A DNA stretch of 64,000 bases from Thalia democratica. Lineage: Eukaryota. The stretch spans positions 27,962,001-28,026,000 of the forward strand of contig OZ241833.1 of the NCBI GenBank assembly GCA_965202585.1. Direction: 5' to 3'. Of this stretch, positions 59,101-64,000 are shown piece after piece. Within the stretch, counting starts at the first letter, position 1; every line of letters starts with the position of its first letter. Below the pieces are notes generated by a model that ran no database searches, had not been told where the DNA came from, and worked only from the letters and a program-made list of their open reading frames with translations. The translations under genes and the position numbers were made by a program.

Positions 59101-62100
59101 ATGTTTAAAACAGTCAAAACTCAACTCTTTATGTACGGAGAAACTTAGCAAACATAAACGCCCAAGTATAAAATTTTTTCAATTACCAAATAATTACAGA
59201 GTTCAATAGTTTTAAAAAAATTTTAACAGTAAACTGATTTATTTTAGATTCTATGGGCTATCTAAAGTATGATTGTACGCATAGTTTAAGGGTTTACTAT
59301 CATTTCTAACTTGCTATCATTTCTAACCCGATCATTTCTAACCCGATCACTTCTAACCCGATCACTTCTAACCCGATCATTTCTAACCCGATCATTTCTA
59401 ACCTGATCATTTCTAACCCGATCATTTCTAACCCGATCACTTCTAACCCGATCACTTCTAACTCGATTACTTCTAACCCGATCATTTCTAACCCGATCAC
59501 TTCTAACCCGATCACTTCTAACCCGATCACTTCTAACTAGATTACTTCTAACCCGATCACTTCTAACCCGATCACTTCTAACCCTTTCACTTCTAACCCG
59601 ATCATTTCTAACCCTATCACTTCTAACCCGATCATTTCTAACCCGATCACTTCTAACCCGATCACTTCTAACCCGATCATTTCTAAAAAGATCATTTCTA
59701 ACCCGATCACTTCTAACCCGATTTAACCCAATCATTTCTAACCCGATCATTTCTAACCCGATCATTTCTAACCTGATCATTTCTAACCTGATCATATCTA
59801 ACCCGATCTTTTCTAACCCGACAATTATTAAACCGATCTGTATTAATATATTTGTTTATTATTGTTCTAAAATAAGGATTTGTTTTAAAAACAAATTAGT
59901 CTCGACAAAGTTGTTTTTTTGATGAAATTTATTTAGTTTTGTTTAAAATAAAACTTAATGTTCAGATAGCTTTGTTAGAATTTAATTTTTAATTTTCTTT
60001 GCTATTGGAAGTTTGTTATCCTACGCTAGACCCAGGCATCATAATCTGGGCCAGTTAAACTGAATGCCACTTAACGAAGAGACGCAAATTTATATACCTT
60101 AAAATCAAAGACTATAGTTTTTTCTAATATTTATAGATTAACAGCAAAAGAATTTAACACTTTTGTATAATACTAATTGACTTATTTATGATTTAAAGAA
60201 AAGGTTTTTAACAAATTTGGTTTTAACTTCTGAATAAGCAAGTTTAACATCAATTCTTTCATCGATCAGTTAGTTCCAATAAAACCAAACATAGCTGCAC
60301 AATCTTTCAATTTAGAATTAACTTCCACTTTCTTTCCAACAAAAAACCTTCACTTAAAAATTCAGCAACACATATTGAGACGATTTAGTAAATTATTTCA
60401 ATGATTTTAGTGCAACAATCAGCAAAACAGTCTCAATTACGCACTTTTTCATTAAAAGAAGGTTCATGGTTTTTTTTATAAAATTCTTTTAGAACATACT
60501 AAAATGTCAGAATTTAAACAAACTACATAAGTTCATGAATAAAATTTATTTTTGTTCAAAAATCAACCGGATATACACATGCTGACTTTTAGAGTTAGGT
60601 TCTGTACATTTGTACAACCGTTTTGTATTTCATTGTTTTCTTATCAATTATTTTTGTCGCTTTGCCAAAGCATAATCGATACAATTAAAATAAACATTAT
60701 TGGAATTAAGGTACAGACTATTGTAAAAAAAAAAAAAAATTTAAGTGCATTGACTGACCACTAAATTTAAAGTCCAAAGCACATTAGGAACACAGATAAA
60801 AAAAATATCTATCAAAAATATTGAAAAACCTTGTACTTCTACAGAGGAAAGGCGCTGCTAACAAAATCAAACTATAGAGTTACCCAAGTTCTACATATTA
60901 ATTAATGGTTTATATTGGTTTATTTTCGTTAAGTTTATAAATAAATGGTTTATTTTCGTGGTAATTAATTATTTAAATAAAGTTAAAATGGATTAATTAT
61001 TAACTGTAGTTAATTAGTTTTAAAAAGCATTACGAAAATTTTAAGTCTTTTGTCTTCTAAAGATTAAGTATGAAGTTTTGATAGTCGTCAATGTAAGAAA
61101 TATAATGAGTTTTGCAGTCGTTAAAGACTACTCCGTACTTTTTCTTTGAGGGATTTTATATGGTTAATATACATTTTTTAATTATGGAGACCAGATTGGC
61201 AAGTTGCATTCAAATTTAAGGCGAATTTATATAAAATACAACTTTTTAAGAATATTAATATCAGTATATATGAAACTCGAGATAATACAGTTAATAAAAT
61301 TTATTAATCGTAATTAGTATAGTGGTTTCATTAAAATTATCATTGTTAGATTCTAAGTTCTTAAAACGAAAGTGTATACTGTTTAAATAGTCAAAAGTAG
61401 AGGTAGACGTTTTTCAATATTTAGAACCCGTCATTTACTAGAACTTAAATTTAATTTTCTTTCTTTTAGCAAATGGTAATTTATATTTAAAGATTTAATA
61501 AGATATATTACATAATAAACTTAACTTTAAAAGTTAAGTGTCGAAAACTTATTATTTTGGTTTTTTTGTTTCAAAATATGATGTATATAAAGAAAAACAA
61601 ATTTACATTTATCTTGAAAACTTAAAAGTTTTCAAAATTTAAAATTGCAAAAAAAGCTTCTAACGATTAATAGTAGAAACTTCTTTAAAAAATTTCTTGA
61701 TATCTTTTAAAAGTTATTGTATTACAGGTTTCCAAAAACACAAGAACTTAAAATAATTCACCGAAAATTAAATATGAAATATGAGTATAAGTTACTTGAT
61801 TAATTTTTATAATTTTAAAATTTATAATAGAATAATAAAATTTGTTTGTATTGTGAAACTCTAATATAGGTTTCTAGAAAATTAGAGGTGCAAAAATCGT
61901 TTTAAGAAATTTAGAGGTGCAAAAAAAAACACCGTGAATAAAGTCAATAGATTTCAAGCTGGCTTTACTGTAATGAATAAAAAGTAAATAAGTTGCGTGT
62001 AATAATCGTCTGAAAAAATAGTTGATTAAAGGAAACAAAAAACTTGAGGTAGTTTTTATAAACATTTGCTTCTAGTTATACTTAATGTAACTATAATTAA

Positions 62101-64000
62101 TTTATTACTCTATTTCAAAATGTATTTCAGTACTTATTTCGTTTATACTTACGTTATTTCAACTGTTCATAATGAAGTAAATTTTAAAGAATTTTTGTCT
62201 ACTAAAGTCCTAATTTAAGTCATAATTAAAACATTTTGTATGTTATATAGATTTAAGTGAAGGTTTTAAAGAAGATTACCTGGTCGAGATTTGATTAAAC
62301 TCGGACTTGTTATACAAATAAACATGTCTGTTTAATTTTTAGTGACTTTTTTTGCTTTAGGACTAAGTAGGAATTTATTAATGATGTGAAATCAAGACGC
62401 TCAATCGACGTAATATACTTTTGCAGTTTGTTATACGACATAATTGTTTTAATATCTACGTTATACCTAAAGTTCAGGCTTTAACACTTAATATAACAAA
62501 ATTATTTAATTTCTACTAGTGTTTGTTTAAATTCCATTATCTTAATAGGCCTATGTAAGTTGTATAACAATTTGTAAAAGTTATTAAAATGAAACTTAAA
62601 AATAACCTACTATAAATCGCTAGTACATTAGTAAGCAATAATACAACATTTACAACAGACTTACATTGTAGTTTTTGGACCGCAAGATAAAGGTTTTTGT
62701 ATCTGAATATTACAATTGTCAAGGTTTACTTTTTAAAATTTGCTTATGTTAAAATTATTATAGTCACGTTAATTATTATAAGATTCAACTTAAGTATAGT
62801 TATAAGTGCTTACTTTAAAATCCTACAAAGAATAGTTTAAAATATTGTAAAGTAACCAATTTAGTGAATTGTATATTATTAACGAAAAACGGCTGTTAAA
62901 GTAGATTTAAAAAGCAAAAAAATATGAAAAAAAAAAAAAAAAAGAAATTATGTGTAGGATGAAATATTAAAAAATAAGGTGATAAAAGTGAGTGAAACTT
63001 ATGTTTAGTTAATACTAAGTTAAAGTTCATACTAACGATGTTTTTTACGTAACACATTAAAATCATAATGTTTTAAAGAAACTAAAAAAAATACTTTAAT
63101 AATTCTATAAGACTAGTTAGTTTTTGAAGCAATCTATATCAAAATTAAGAAATAAAATAAACAAGTAGAATGGGTTAGAAATGATCAGGTTAGAAGTGAT
63201 CGGGTTAGAAGTGATCGGGTTAGAAATGATCGGGTTAGAAATGATTGGGTTGTATCGGGTTAGAAGTAATCGGGTTAGAAATGATCTTGTTTGAAATGAT
63301 CGAGTTAGAAATGATCGGGTTAGAAGTGATCGGGTTAGAAGTAATCGAGTTAGAAGTGATCGGGTTAGAAGTGATCAGGTTAAAAGTGATCGGGTTAGAA
63401 ATGATCGGGTTAGAAGTGATCGGGTTAGAAGTGATCGGGTTAGAAATGATCGGGTTAGAAGTGATCGGGTTAGAAATGATCGGGTTAGAAGTGAACTGGT
63501 TAGAAATGATAGCAGGTTAGAAATGATCGGCTCCCAGTTTAAGAGAAGGGATATTTTCAATTAACTGATTTGAAGAAATAAACTGATATCGCACCAAAAG
63601 TTTTATTATAAAATACTACTTGCTACTACAAATAAGACAATTTTACTTATATTTTTATGTAATTGTTACAGTCAAGAAAAGTTTTTACTACAAATTTTGT
63701 GATGCTTTTTCGTGTTAATATTTAGCCATTAGTAGATTAGTAATTGTAATCACTTTTAATAATAAATACTTTTTACCTCAAATGTGTAAAAAAAATAAGA
63801 AGTTTTTTATTTTGTGTATACAAAAAACTTTCATGAAAAAACTGTGCAGACTATTATTGTTTTGATAAATTATAAATTGTAAAACTTGAGTTTTATTTGG
63901 CATCTTTGTTATCAATAGTTGCTAAACTATAAACATGTGGCGTTTGTTTAAATTACTAATATGTTGACAAATTGTTAAACATAGTTTAGTGAAATTTCAA
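56165..64000 (+). repeat. ~4-kb unit, copy 3, split by the 59291-63535 insertion and running off the window end
   Basis: Colinear with copy 2; embedded MITE at 58037-58604; resumes at 63536. Confidence 0.9.
59291..63535 (+). mobile_element. Foldback-type non-autonomous DNA transposon with inverted arrays of 15-bp repeat (GATCAYTTCTAACCC)
   Basis: 8-bp TSD agtttaag (59283-59290, 63536-63543), present once at the empty site in copy 1; GG…CC termini; arrays at ~59300-59820 and ~63170-63530. Confidence 0.92.

Noticed and set aside
640-62722. Remaining 60-95 aa F/L/K/I-rich ORFs in the track
   Set aside because: Expected by chance in ~20-25% GC DNA or derived from MITE interiors; no motifs or splice support.
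59820-63170. Possible transposase remnant inside the foldback element
   Set aside because: Partial hand translations gave no recognisable DDE or zinc-finger motif; a tblastn/HMM search would be needed.
59300-63530. Interstitial telomere or chromosome-fusion site
   Set aside because: The unit is 15 bp rather than (TTAGGG)n, and the arrays are bounded by a TSD inside a repeat copy.
59286-63560. IGLEM/RVRSD repeat ORFs
   Set aside because: Translations of the stop-free 15-bp transposon arrays.

Overview
Eukaryotic, very AT-rich animal genomic DNA with spliceosomal introns and GC-richer exons. The repeat content looks cnidarian/Hydra-like, but that is a guess. (1) 1-22.4 kb, + strand: the 3' part of an FCHo1/2-type endocytic adaptor gene (end of F-BAR, disordered linker, mu-homology domain). 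I assembled 21 phase-consistent exons by hand, giving 832 aa in the window. It has micro-exons and a probable alternative terminal exon. (2) 32.5-33.5 kb, - strand: an intact two-exon gene for a 290-aa stand-alone SET-domain protein with a K/R-rich SPxK-type N-terminal tail. (3) 34.2-35.6 kb: a decayed genomic duplicate of the FCHo 3' end. (4) Two degenerate Penelope-like retroelement remnants. (5) 39.4-42.1 kb, - strand: an intronless ~885-aa atlastin-type GTPase with no transmembrane hairpin and about five tandem ~110-aa three-helix-bundle-like repeats. This is the most novel item. (6) 43-64 kb: a gene-free TE nest with a ~4-kb unit in three copies, a composite hAT-type element also present in an FCHo intron, and foldback elements with inverted 15-bp arrays. 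hAT-, Mutator- and Kolobok-type MITEs with readable TSDs are scattered throughout. No tRNA, rRNA or CRISPR was recognised. All family calls come from motif recognition, not database searches.
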